Below are positions 34,055-46,292 of a DNA stretch of 64,000 bases, one piece after another; the stretch's first letter is position 1, and each line of letters starts with the position of its first letter. Below the pieces are notes generated by a model. That model made no database searches and had not been told where the DNA came from. It saw nothing but the letters and a program-made list of their open reading frames with translations. Made by a program: the position numbers and the translations under genes. Source of the stretch: Blepharisma stoltei ATCC 30299 (lineage: Eukaryota > Protista > Ciliophora); assembly GCA_965603825.1 (NCBI GenBank), contig CBFDEM010000020.1, positions 434,001-498,000 of the forward strand, written 5' to 3'.

Positions 34055-35206
34055 TTAATTTCTTAAAAACTCTTTAATGCATTGAAGCAGCTCTACTGTA
34101 TGGGATTGGTACGAATTTTGTTGAGAAATTATAGTCTCGGCTTCTTCTAGGGTCACTCTTTCAATTTTTTTAAAATAGGGGAGATTAAAAACCTCCACAT
34201 ATTTTCCTACATAATTTGGATGTCCTTGAAATCCTAGCCATTTCCCTTGAATTCCAAAAATCTCTATTGGGCTTGTGTCAGAGTATCCTCAGATCTCACA
34301 GTTCGGAGGAAGGCTTGTTATATTATCTCCGTGGTTTTCAGCAACTTTATATTCTTCTCTAGCATTTGAAAACTTTTCTCTGAATTCTGGGGTTGTATAT
34401 ACAGACTCATATTTGACTATATAAGTATCAGAAATTTTTTCGACTTTTCCACCAAATGTCTCAGCAATAATTTGTGCTCCAAGACAAATCCCTACAAGTT
34501 TTATATAAGGGTAGTCTATATTAATTTGTTGTAAGAATACCTTTAAATTTATTAATCAATCATACTCATCATATGCAGAATATTTGCCTCCAAGAATAAC
34601 TATACCTTTTAGTGTTTGCAAAGCTTCAGCTGAAGGGAGTTGGTTTTGGGTAACGCAGTAATGCTGCCATTTTTCATGACTTGAGGAGAAAATACTTGAT
34701 CCCCAGGCTTCCAAAAACCCAGCATAAGGTTTATAATAAGGAAAATAAAAAGTCGCATAATCAGGATTGCTAATTAAGATCGGGACAAGATAAGAGAGTG
34801 CTTCATTTTGGAGAGCTTTTTCAAAATAGTTATGTTCTAATGATCTATTGTAATTACCGATTAATAACTCTTCATTTATGGTAAAAGCTTGGCTGATGGA
34901 TTCTCCGTTTAAAGGTAAATGAACAGGGACATATATGCAATTGTCTGATTCTAAATAAGAAAAATAAGTAACATGAATCATAACAGCTTTTGTGGACTCA
35001 TCAAACGCTCCTCTCAGATTTTCTCATTCTTCTTGACTATAAATTTTTATTTTACACCATTCCGCAATTACTCTAGAAGCTGCAATGTAAACTCCAATAT
35101 CATTTTGTGTCATTTGGTATTGAATTGTATTGAACGTCATAATAACCCTTTGATTTTCCACATGATAAGGTATGACATTTAACATCATTTTTTTATTTCT
35201 CTCCAT
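34055..35206 (-). CDS. Class I glutamine amidotransferase-like protein, tandem copy C
   Basis: Continuous through TGA at 35024, 34556 and 34289; KLVGICLGAQII, ENHGD, FQGHPN; ends IKEFLRN-TAA. Confidence 0.88.
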
Positions 35207-35237
35207 TTGTAACTCTTATTACTATTTTATTTAAATT

Positions 35238-37577
35238 TTACTTCATCGCTTGCTTAAGCCTAACAAAATCATCTTTTCCTATCGGCGGAGGAATCTTCAT
35301 AGCCAGCATATCGCTCCAATTAATACTATAGAAAAACGGGTGTTCCTTTACATCTTGTATAGAAGGTCTCTCCTCTGGGTTCCTCTTCATAACGGCTTGA
35401 ATCAAATTTTCGGCTTCTTCATCTAGACCTTCAGGGAATTTCAACTTAGACTTGGAAATTCTTTGATAAAGGACGCTTATGTTTTCTGTATAAAATGGAG
35501 GCTGGCCAGTTAATAATTCATATAGGTTCGCTCCTATGCAATAAATATCTGCTGGCTTCCAAGCTCCAGTGCCTGCAATTTGTTCAGGTGGTAAATAAGC
35601 AGGTGACCCACAAAATGACATGGCTGGGTTTTCTTCTGTGACGTTTTCTTTAGCTAATCCAAAATCAGCAAGCTTTATGTGCCCATTTGAGTCTAATAAT
35701 AAATTTTGAGGCTTTAAGTCACGGTAGACGATGTCTAAGCTATGCAAATATTCAATGGCAAGGATGACTTCAGCAATATAAAACTTAGAAATGGAGACAT
35801 TTAAGGACTGGGCATACTCAAGAAGTTTTGACAAATCACCGTTAGGGCAATACTCCAAAACCATATATAAGCTATTTGGCGTTTGAAATGCCCAATATAA
35901 TGGTACAATATAAGGATGTCTAATATTTTTCAATATTTTACACTCTGCAATTGCATATTTTAGCTGGTTTTTCTCTCTCAGCATCTGCTTGCTTAAAACT
36001 TTCATAGCGTAGATTTCTCCAGAGTTCTTTTTAACCACTTTATAAACATGCCCAAAACTTCCAGCTCCTAGTTCTTCTAATACATCAAAGCTATCATAAT
36101 TAATAGTCTGGCCTTCATCGTGGTGGTATTCTATCGCTTCTTCTTCAAAATTCATATTTGTCTTTATTCCTCTTAGTTTCATAGAAATCCTTTCACCTTC
36201 TTGGTTTTCAAGGAAATCGCGATTTTCAGGGTTATGGGCATAAGTTTGGAAAAAATTAACACAATTTATTAGCTTAGATACCCATGAATTGGTGAGATCT
36301 TGAGTATTTGTATAGTATTTTAGTGTGATATCTTGGGTATTTACTACAAAAAAGAACTTATTCTCTGCAATGCCACTATTAAGATTTTTCACTTCTTGAA
36401 TATCTACAAATGGTATCAAAACATCAGGATTTTGCCCTTCCAAATAAGAATTTTTAGTAGAATATTGGCCAAAAAGTCCACGCTCAGTATCCATAACTAG
36501 AAATACAAGCTTATCATTAATTTGCCAGGTTGCAGTTGAAAATGCTTCTCCAGTAAAGGCTTTAGGCTTTTCATTAGATTTTTTGCCGTACTTTTCCAAC
36601 ATTTCTTCTCCTAGATACTTAGGTATCAACTCAGCAACTTTGATATTTGTAGCGAGCTCTAATGCAGTTTTCCCATATGGATCTTCTAATTTAAGTGAGG
36701 CTTTGTGGTTCAACAATATCTCAACAATTTCAGCATGGCCCATGCTGGATGCTAAATGTAGCCCAGTTCCTCTTTCAGCAGTCATTTTATTGATTTGGAT
36801 CAGCGGATGACTAACAAGCATTTCCACACAATTTTTGTGGCCTTGATATGAAGCTATTTGTAAAGGCGTTCAATGGTCATCTGTTTCTATATTGCAATTT
36901 CCTCCCAAATCAATAATCTCTTTTAATACATTTGCATGCCCCATATAGCAGCAGTAATGAATGCAACTCCATTTATCGTTGTATCTAGCATTTAAAATTT
37001 CAGCAACAGACTCTTCAAGGACTTTTAGTGGACGGGCTCTCATATAATCTTGCAAAGCTTCTACAAACATTTCAGCCTCTCCCTCTTGGCAAGCCATTAT
37101 GCATCTCGTTAGTCATGGCTCATGCTCATCTTCAGGTATTTCTGGCTCTTGAGGTTCTTCTTCTTGGACTGGCTCTATTGATTGAGCTGGGGCTTGTGTT
37201 TGGACTTTTGAAGATCGGGCTGTTGGTTTTGATGACACTCTTGGCTGCAGAGTGTGTCTTCTCACCATTCTTTTAGGTTCATCATCCAACGGTGCTTCTG
37301 GGGCTTGTGCATTTTCTATAGCTTTCTATATAGATTTTACTTCATCTAAGAATATTTCTGCTCCATCTGATATGTTATAAAGTGAAATTTTTGAAGAGGT
37401 AGGAAGGAGAACCTATGTTGAATTTACTTTCATTCCAGAACTGAATATACTCAATTTTTGGAGGGGCGGAGGAATCATCGTGATACGGGCAATTTCGACC
37501 TTTAAATCCTTGACTTTGCTATTAGGACCAATATTAACTTCAAAGAAATTATCTGAACCTCGGATAATGAGCTTCAT
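35238..37577 (-). CDS. AGC-family Ser/Thr kinase with ubiquitin-like, ankyrin-repeat and PH-like domains
   Basis: N-terminal MKLIIRGSDNFFEVNIGPNSKVKDLKVEIARITMIPPPLQKL (UBL pattern); ankyrin repeats (WSCIHYCC, WTPLQIAS, TGLHLAS); PH-like segment ending SWVSKL; kinase GAGSFG, YAMK, YRDLKPQN, DFG, FCGSPAYLPPE. Stop-containing 15-nt introns at 37413-37427 and 37326-37340. Confidence 0.9.
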
Positions 37578-38138
37578 TTATATCTTATGAAATCTAAAAA
37601 TTTTTTATACTAAAATATTATTATTTCACTTAAAATAATTGAGAACTAATCTACTTGAGCATGAAAGCTATTTGATAAATCATTTTTATTAGTATTTAAT
37701 CCCTGTACATTTGGCTTAGTAAAGCTTATTTTTTTGTAAATAAAATTATTTATGCTGGATATGCTGTTAGGAAAAGTAAAGTAATATTAAAGGACGAAAG
37801 CAAGTGATGTATAATTTCTAAGTACTGATAACTAAGTTATTGCAGATACAAAGCGTAGCATATAGTGTAAGAAATCACTGCACCTGCTTTTATTCAACAA
37901 TCAAGGCAATAAAATAACTACTTCTTTAATTGAAGCAAATAGAAAATCTATTGATATTGAACAGTCAACTTTTATAATCTTCTGATAAGAAAATAGCACA
38001 ACATTTTAATCTGACTGTATATAAGAATTCGATCTATATTCTGATAATCATGCCTATAAGTTTATAGTGCTATAGTCTTCATTATTAAATCAAAATTCCC
38101 AACTTTTTTAAATTTACTAAAACGAGTCTTTAAATTGA

Positions 38139-38987
38139 TTATTTCTTGTCTCCATCCACAAATCTCTTCAACCTTATGTAAAACATCCAAATTAGAGCTT
38201 GTCCCATGCTTCTCTCTGTTCCTCTAATTAAAAGTCCTTTTGTGAATCCTTGCACCCCTTCCTGCTCATAAATAATTTTTAGCCCTTTAATTAATCCAGG
38301 ATATTCGGTGTGACCGTGAAACTGATACCCAGACATTGCTCTGTTTTTCATGACGTCAAATGGCTGAGTAACTAGGGAAGCAGAAAATCCAGATAAGCCT
38401 CCTGCTACAAAGTTAAGGAGATTTGATCTTTTATCAGTTTCTGTTAATCTTCCAATGAATTTGGCATACTGCTCATAAAAAGGGACTGATAAGGCTGTAT
38501 AAGGGACATCTCTTAATAGGTTTGGAGCTAAGCCTTTTCAGAATCCTTTGATTTTGTGCTTACCATAAATTTCTGAAATAGCACCTAAAATTTTTTTTCT
38601 CCCATGAGATGGATTTTCCATCTGAACTTTGATTACTGAGAGTGGGCACTGAATTGTAACAGCGATTCCCCTTCCAATAAAAGAAGCCACACTATCCGTT
38701 AATATTTCTCTTAATAATCCTCCAGAAGATCGGCCTAATTTTTCCCTTATAAGTTCTAGGAAAAAGAATAGTGTTCCGCCTCCTATAATTGACCTCATAA
38801 ATGAAGCAGAGTTTCCTTTTCAAAAACCTAAAATCCCAAATTTTTCATGAACATATTTTATGCAGCCCATAATAGAATTGACTTTATGCTGGTATAGAAG
38901 AAGTGTCTTTATAACATCTAGAGGTTGTAAACAACTTGAAGTCATTGCAGCAGCTCCGCCACCAATAAGGAAATTTTTGAACTCCAT
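38139..38987 (-). CDS. Mitochondrial carrier, SLC25A38/Hem25-like
   Basis: Three carrier repeats QPLDVIKT, CPLSVIKVQME and QPFDVMKNR; GFW(TGA)KG twice; LLRDVPY. Confidence 0.85.
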
Positions 38988-39219
38988 TTATATATATAGA
39001 TTTTAAGATATAAGAACAATTATTTACGATATTTATAACTGACAAAGAAAAATAACTCTTTATAATGGGCTATGAATTATTCTATTTATAATAACTTATT
39101 TATCTGTTATTTAGATAATTTACTATTGCAAAAAATATGTAATTGAGTTTACTGTTCTTGTGATAAAATTTCACTCCTTTTTGCTATTGTTAATACATTT
39201 TTTATATTTTTGAGTTAAA

Positions 39220-41285
39220 ATGCTATCGGAGTTTTATGGTTTACCAAGATCAGACATAGAGTTCAATCTATTCTACTTAGAACCTCAAGAAGTTTTAATA
39301 TCATCAGTCGTCGTATCTTTAAAATCAGGAGACTTCGAAAGGTAAAAAAAATATAGTGAATCTGGAAAGCTACATTTGAACACAAGATCTTTTATCTTTC
39401 AGCCTACTTTTTCAAAGCATCCTTTATTAAAATTCAAGCTCTCGAGCAATGATTTTTCCTACTCGTTCAATTTTCCTCCATCTCTTAGTATTACTCAATC
39501 GCCAAACTCAAAATCTCATAGTTCCACAGTTGACCGGGAATCTCGTATTATTCGTCATGCAAATGCTCCAGACAGAAATCCCTCCTCGAAGTCTATAAAG
39601 CGAGCAAAAATTCATAGAGGTCACCATACATCTGATGGATCATCAACCTTAATTATTAGCGTAAAAAGCTACGGAGTAATATCACGAAGCCCTCCTTCCC
39701 CTTGCCAATCTCAGCAAGTGGCTGAAACATTTTTCTTCGAAATGTCTCAAGGCGATCTCCTAAAACTCAGTACTGAGCTAGATATGATAATGAGAAGCAC
39801 AGACGAAAAAGCTATTACTTCACTAGTCTATAGTGTGAGATATAAAGAATCCCTCTCAATGTTGCAGAACGTGGACGATTTTAATCCTGATGATATTCTT
39901 TTAACTCAAAAGTGCAAAAGAATTTTGCCTGAAGGCGAACAATGAGGCTCATTTGTGATGACCCAGGAATCTCTGCATTTTTACCCCTTGATTAATGCGA
40001 AGCCTAAAAGAGCTGTTCACATACAGTTCAAAATAATTTATTCTGGAATGAGATATAGATACTTGTGGAGAAATAATGGACTGAGAATTGATTATTATGG
40101 ATCAAAGTACCCTGTTTTATTTATATTCGAGACTGAAGAGCAGAGGGAAAATATTTATAATTTTTTATTAAATAGAGTCAAATTTAAATCTCCAGCTGAC
40201 CAGCTTGTTGATGCAATGGAAAAATGAAGAAATGGGTATCTATCGAATTTCCAATACTTGATGTTTTTAAATAATATCGGAAACAGATCGGTGCTTGACA
40301 TGACACAATATCCCATTTTCCCGTGGATTTTATCAAAATATCATGGAGAAGGTAAAGAATAATTAGATTTACCGCTTTACGACTATACTAATTTTAGAGA
40401 TTTATCGAAACCTATAGGATCTCTGGATAGATCCAAGCTGGAAAAGTTAGAAGTAAGGTTAAATAGGCGCTACAAGTGGAATCAAAAAACCAGATAGAGC
40501 CTCCAAGTCTATATTCTTCCTTTTATTCTACATCTACTATAGTTTCATATTTTTTATTGAGGCAAATTCCAGAGTTTCTCGTGAGAAATCAAAATCAAAT
40601 TTATTCCACCCAGGATAAAATGTTTAACAGTGTAGAAAAATCTTGAAATTCTAGTATAAAAATGATAGGAGACAACAAAGAGCTAATTCCTGAGTTTTAC
40701 TCAAGAAATCCAGATTTTTTATTGAACTTAAATGATATGGAACTTACAAACGATGAAAAATTAAGCGATGTTGAAATCCCACCATGAAGCAGGGATGCGA
40801 ATAGCTTCACTGAAATTATGAGGGATGCTTTGGAAAGTGATTTTGTCAGCGAAAACTTGCATAACTGGATAGATTTGATATTTGGGTATCGTCAAAGAGG
40901 AGAGCAAGCAGTTGCTTCTTTAAATACATTCCCGAGCACGTGCTATGGTATCAATTGAAATTCCTTTAAATCAACATTAGAAAAAGATGCATATGAAATT
41001 CTTTTAAGAGAGTTTGGCTCATGTCCAAAGCAATTGTTTTTTATTCCTCATTCTCCAAGATCGTTTAGGCTATTGCCTGAAACCCAAAAACCAATAGAAA
41101 AAAATGAAGCTGTCCTACGACAAGAAATTTCACAACTAGAGGATTATTTAGATCAAATACAAGATTATCACCAAGAGCAACTGAATAAGCTATTAAAACA
41201 ATATCAAGCTGAAACTGATAGTTTGAAGAGAAATCATATTATAGCAGTTGAGGTTTATCAAAGTAAAATTAAAAATAAGAAATAA
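39220..41285 (+). CDS. BEACH-domain protein, FAN/NSMAF-like (GRAM/PH-PH-BEACH), ending in a coiled coil without WD40
   Basis: [102 protein letters not shown]. Introns at 39342-39356, 40352-40366 and 40453-40466 (14 nt). Confidence 0.88.
40453..40466 (+). other. Candidate 14-nt intron (or 15-nt intron with a 1-nt assembly error)
   Basis: GTAAGGTTAAATAG. A 3n+2 removal is needed here to connect two conserved BEACH segments. Confidence 0.55.
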
Positions 41286-41526
41286 ATTAGTATAAATAAC
41301 AGCTTAAAAAAATATATGATAATATTTCAATACTTAATTACCAAAAATTTTCTCTGTTATTAGAGCACATAATATTTTAAATACGGCTAAGTTTTTTTAG
41401 CTGTTGAATTAAGAGTATTATAAATTTGTAAACACTTGATTTAAAATCATCTATAATACAATGACAGAACTCTGATGCTAAAAACATAAAATCTGTCACA
41501 GACTATTTAAGAATTAAATTTATAAA

Positions 41527-42402
41527 ATGGATAAATTATCTGCTCTAAAACAAGCTCTTGAAGCAGAACGAAAGAAAAATCAAGACTTACAAGAGCAACT
41601 TAAGCTCAAAGATATAGAAAACGATCTCTATGTAAATCCCACGCAGAAAAAGCAACTTCTGGAAGGCTCCCCCCAGCAAGTCTCCAGCATCAGACGTCCA
41701 AGTGTAACAAAAAGAGTATATTCTATTAAGGAGCAAGAAGCTTTCATCCAATCAGTGGAACGTGAAGAAGAAAACATCACAAACAGGCTTCAAAAATCCT
41801 TCAAAACTTTACTTCGAGAAAAAATCGATCTTGAAAACACGCTAGAACAAGAGCAAGAATTTATTGTGAATACAATGAGTAAGCAGCTAGCACAAGCAAT
41901 AGGCCAGAAACTGTAGAAATTATATAGAGAGCTTAAAAAGAAAGTAGAAGCACAAATCAGGTCAAGATCACCTTCTGATGTCGACCTATCTAAAGAGGCT
42001 GAGTTTGCAGCTGAAGAATTTAATTCTAGCTTTAGCAGTGACAGTGAAAGCAGTAGAGAAAGTATCGGAATCGAGGAAAAAAGAAAAATGAAGGCATTGG
42101 AAGCTGAGTTAAATTACATAAAACAACAGATTGATTTAGCAAAAAATGATATAAAAAAATACAAAAATTTGTACATCACAATGATGGAAAATCAGCAAAG
42201 GTTGGTTAAAGAAAATTTTTTACTTAGCAAGAAATTGGGAGGAAGTGAAGGAGAGCCCGATGACATTGACATTAGGAGCGATATTTCGTGTGGAAGTCTT
42301 TCCAGTAGAAGTTTAGGAAACTATTTGGAATTTCGCTCTGAGTCTAATACTCCGCACAGCTATTCACGAGAGGCAAGTAGCACTCCAAAGAGGAAAAGGT
42401 AA
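41527..42402 (+). CDS. CCDC6-like coiled-coil protein
   Basis: VEREEENITNRLQK...EKIDLENTLEQEQEFIVNTMSKQL matches the CCDC6/DUF2046 pattern. Stop-containing intron at 41913-41927; probable stop-free intron at 41632-41646. Confidence 0.78.
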
Positions 42403-42438
42403 AGTTTAATTTTATAAATTAAAGTCTAATATATTAAA

Positions 42439-44544
42439 ATGAGCTCTAAGAGAACTCCATCACGAAAAACAGAAAGCCCAACACTCATAAGATTTCTCAA
42501 CCGAAAATCCGTTGCCAATACCTCTTCGGAATTTTCAGCAACCCCAAAATCGTTAAAAGTATCTCAAATGTCTAAAAAATATCAACTTTATAGCTCAGCT
42601 TTCCAGAAATTTAATGCAAAATTAAACAGTAAATTTTCTCTTCGAGAGTCTTTAACAGTAAAAAGAATCGGACTTTCTCCTGCCAGATTTTCTGCATCAC
42701 ATCCAGTATCCCGTTCGTTTACCTTAGACACAGCAAGTACCAAAACACTTAATACTACCAATGGCAATGCTTTTAGCTGCCAGCTGTTAACATATTCTGA
42801 GCAAGATGGTGCATCTGATTGTAACCAATTTGCTATCGAGGCAATTTGCTTGCCAATTCCTGAAGAAAAATATCGTAAAAAAGTATTTACGCCAAGAAAA
42901 GAACTAAATATTTTGAAACCTTTACAATCAGCAACTACAAATACATTTCAGAAAAAAGGATCGAAGCAGAAGATTCCTTTTAAAGAAGCACAACAAATTA
43001 AATCCTGAGTACTCAAAGCAAGACCTGAAATAGAAAAAATGTGAAGAAAATATATAAATAGAAGCAATGGGATTGATCCTATTGTGCCTGTAAGCATGAA
43101 TTATAAATTTTATATTGGGAAAGGAAATAATTCTCAATTAATTAAAAAATTCCTGTCAAGTAGATCTTGATGGACTGCAACCTCAAACCCTGCTGAGGCA
43201 AATTTCATATGAACTCAATGAAAAGATAGAAGTTTGCTATCTCAATTTGAAACCGCAAAAGATAAGTCAATATCAGTTGCTGAAAATGCACAAAATTCTT
43301 TATTTTGTCCATTAAAAGCCAAAGGTAACAATAAAGTATACCAACCAGTAGAAATTGATTCTCTTGGGTTTCAATCAATCATTTACTCCTCATCATATGC
43401 AACTTTATGTGAAGAGCAGATAAACTCAATAAATCAAAAGATGCACAATCGATTAGAGTTTAATCAGCATTTATCTAATAAAAAAGGATTATATACAAGC
43501 ATGAAAAATTATTATGAAGCGATTGGAGCAGACCTTTTCTCTTTTTTACCATTAACATTTCATATAAGAAATGGGGATGATGACTCTGAGTTCGAAAGAT
43601 TTAAAGAAGCCTTTGCCGACATGGAAATGCAAAAAAAAATAAAACCAAGATTTCAAAATCTTTGAATTATTAAGCCAGGTGAAAACACTAATAGAGGTGT
43701 AGGAATCACTGTTTGCAGCTCAATTGAGCAAATTAAAAATATTATAAAAAATAAAGTTAACCCCAAAACAGGAGAAGAAAGGACATTTATTTTGCAGAAA
43801 TATTTAGAGAGGCCTTTTTTGATACATAAAAGGAAATTCGACATTCGTTGCTATGCTTTAATTACCTCTATAAACGGAGTCATTCAAGGATATTTTTATA
43901 CTGATGGATACTTACGAACTACCTCTCATGAGTATTCAATTAAAGACATTTCTAATAATTTTATTCATCTCACTAATGATGCCATTCAAAAACACTCTGA
44001 GGAATATGGGAAATTTGAAAATGGTAACAAGCTCTCTTATAGAGACTTCCAAAGGTATTTAGATTTTCATTGTTCTGAAAAGAAAATAAATTTTTACCAA
44101 GAAGTGCTACCTAAAATAAAAACTTTAGTCAAAGATACTATGAATGCAGTGTTTTTAAAAATCGACCCTAATAGAAGAGCCCACTGTATTGAAATTTTTG
44201 GGTATGATATTATGCTTGATAGCAAATGTAAGCCATGGCTTATTGAAGTTAACACCAACCCATGCTTAGAACTTTCAGCTCCTTATCTTGCTATGATAAT
44301 CCCAGCTATGGTTGAAAACGCTTTCAGAATAGGTTTAGATCCCCTGTTTCCTCCTCCTAAAGGAAAATTCGGCTCCGACTCCTTCTCCGAGAACAAATTC
44401 GAGCTGATTTTCCATCAAGAAACTGATGGAAAATCTCTCCTTTCCTCAGCTGGAATCCGTAAAATACTGCTTGAAGAATCTAATATAGTCTCAGACAATG
44501 AGGAATTATTTTCAGACGACGAAGAAGAAAAAGTCTCTGAATAG
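42439..44544 (+). CDS. Tubulin-tyrosine-ligase-like protein, probable glycylase (TTLL3/8/10 group)
   Basis: Continuous through six TGA codons: FYIGKGNNSQLIK, SRSWW, NFIWTQW, LWIIKPGENTNRGVGI, QKYLERPFLIHKRKFDIR, IHLTNDAIQK, EIFGYDIM, PWLIEVNTNP. Confidence 0.88.
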
Positions 44545-44640
44545 AAATTAATTTATTTACTTTATTCTAGGAAAGTTTAAGAGCCCTTGAAAAATGGATA
44601 ATCTGCATAATTCATATTAAACTATTAAATATTTAATAAA

Positions 44641-45168
44641 ATGCAAGATTACGGCAACCTAGTGAATTCCTTTAATGACTATCTGCTTTACGATGAAAGG
44701 AAAGGAAGGATTCTGCACACTCGCTATCTCAACAAGGCTCAATTTATGGAAATGTGGAGATTCCACTTCAATAGGCTTAGACCTGATCTGAGCAATTCCC
44801 AGCATCAACAAATGCTCACTTCGTTGAAGGCTAGCAGATATATTCAAGGGTATTTGAGGAGTGCTAATATTCGCGAGTTAGGAAGATGCTACAATATGAG
44901 CATTGCAAACTTCCCTGATGAAAGAGCTCAAGAAATCTACTTAAACCAACTTAACTATGTGTCCCCTGCTGCTGGGCAGCCTGTAGGATTCAAGATGACA
45001 AGCTGGGAAGATGCGACCAGAAATGCGATTTATGTGAAAAGAGTGCTTGGGAAGATTGCTAGCTTTGGACTACATTACCCGTATTTCGCCTTGGAATATA
45101 CGCAGGAGCAAAAGGCTCAGCTTGAAGAGCAGACCTATCAGTACTTCAAAACTCTTCTAACTAGTTAA
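44641..45168 (+). CDS. Hypothetical protein, probably highly expressed
   Basis: Intact 175-aa ORF with C-ending codon bias like the neighbouring housekeeping genes; no family recognised. Confidence 0.75.
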   Translation: MQDYGNLVNSFNDYLLYDERKGRILHTRYLNKAQFMEMWRFHFNRLRPDLSNSQHQQMLTSLKASRYIQGYLRSANIRELGRCYNMSIANFPDERAQEIYLNQLNYVSPAAGQPVGFKMTSWEDATRNAIYVKRVLGKIASFGLHYPYFALEYTQEQKAQLEEQTYQYFKTLLTS

Positions 45169-45189
45169 TAGAAGAAAAGATTATTCAAA

Positions 45190-45693
45190 TTAACGATTAA
45201 GGATGGCTTCAAACTGCTCCTTTGTTACAGCACCGTAGCGGTCTTTGCAAGCTTCATATATCATTTCTCTTAATTCGTCTTCGCTAATATTTTCTCCCAA
45301 TTCAAGTGCAATTTCTCTTAGATTCTCGTAGGTAATTCTGCCCGCTGAGTCTATATCAAATAAGTCAAATGCCTTCTGGATTTCATCTGGGTTATCTTTT
45401 TCACTCATCTTCATTGTCATGATTTCTAAGAATTCTTTGAAATCGATTGTGCCGGTCACGTCTCTTTCTTTGTCTGAGCGGTCAACTTCATTTATGAGTC
45501 TTTTTATTTCGTCTTTTTGAGGCTCAAAGCCAAGAGCTCTTAAAGCTACCTTAAGCTCTTTAGCTTCGATTACTCCAGAGCCGTCAGTATCGAACAAATC
45601 AAAGGCTTCTTTTACTTCAGCTTTTTGCTGCTCTGTTAATTCTTGCCTGAAGTGACTTCTTGCAGTATTTCCTTTCTTGCTACCTGTTTGCAT
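45190..45693 (-). CDS. CETN: Centrin (caltractin)
   Basis: [67 protein letters not shown]. Confidence 0.93.
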   Translation of the reverse strand: MQTGSKKGNTARSHFRQELTEQQKAEVKEAFDLFDTDGSGVIEAKELKVALRALGFEPQKDEIKRLINEVDRSDKERDVTGTIDFKEFLEIMTMKMSEKDNPDEIQKAFDLFDIDSAGRITYENLREIALELGENISEDELREMIYEACKDRYGAVTKEQFEAILNR

Positions 45694-45915
45694 ATTAATA
45701 ACTGATGAAAAATTATTAAAATGATCATTTAAATAGAATTTTGCTTTTGGTATTTAAATTACTGAAGCTACTTATAAATTAATGCAGATTTCTAAATATT
45801 AGTCATGAGTATTGAGATATGTTGAATTAAGCTAAACCTCTGATGATACACGCAGTGCAAGTGAATTCTCAGTGCTAATTTTTAATCTAGGAGCCTTTTA
45901 AAAAACCATGATAAT

Positions 45916-46248
45916 ATGGATGAAGTCTTAAAAGTGCGTATTCTCATAAGTGACCAAGGAGACCCAAAACTATTTATTTCATACCCCAAGCAAAAAGATT
46001 TAGAATGTTTAAGCTGAATAACTCCACACAGTGCTTTGCAATCCATATTAGAAACCCAAGCAACTGCTTTGAAGCATCTCATAGAAACCAATGACGAATT
46101 GGTATCCTTTAACAAATTATCTGAAATTGAATTAGAAGAGCTTAGTCTTAAGTTTAAAAAATATTTGCCTGCTATTAAAGGCATGTCAGAAGACCTAAGT
46201 GCAATCCATAAAAGTATTGGAAGAATGAAAAAGAAATTAAAAATATAA
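45916..46248 (+). CDS. KxDL-domain protein (KXD1/BORC subunit-like)
   Basis: ILETQ...LIETNDELVSFNKLS...FKKYLPAIKGMSEDLSAIHKSIGRMKKKL matches the KxDL pattern. In-frame ATG at 45916 reached through one TGA; the 5' end is uncertain. Confidence 0.7.
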
Positions 46249-46292
46249 TGTCTTGTATTAATCTCAATTTCTTAGTAAATTAGTGCGGGTAA

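Noticed and set aside
45800-45915. GC-richer stretch upstream of the KxDL gene as a snoRNA, upstream ORF or extra exon
   Set aside because: A TGATGA is present but has no matching box D, and no 15-16-nt GT..AG links it in frame. Unresolved without RNA data.
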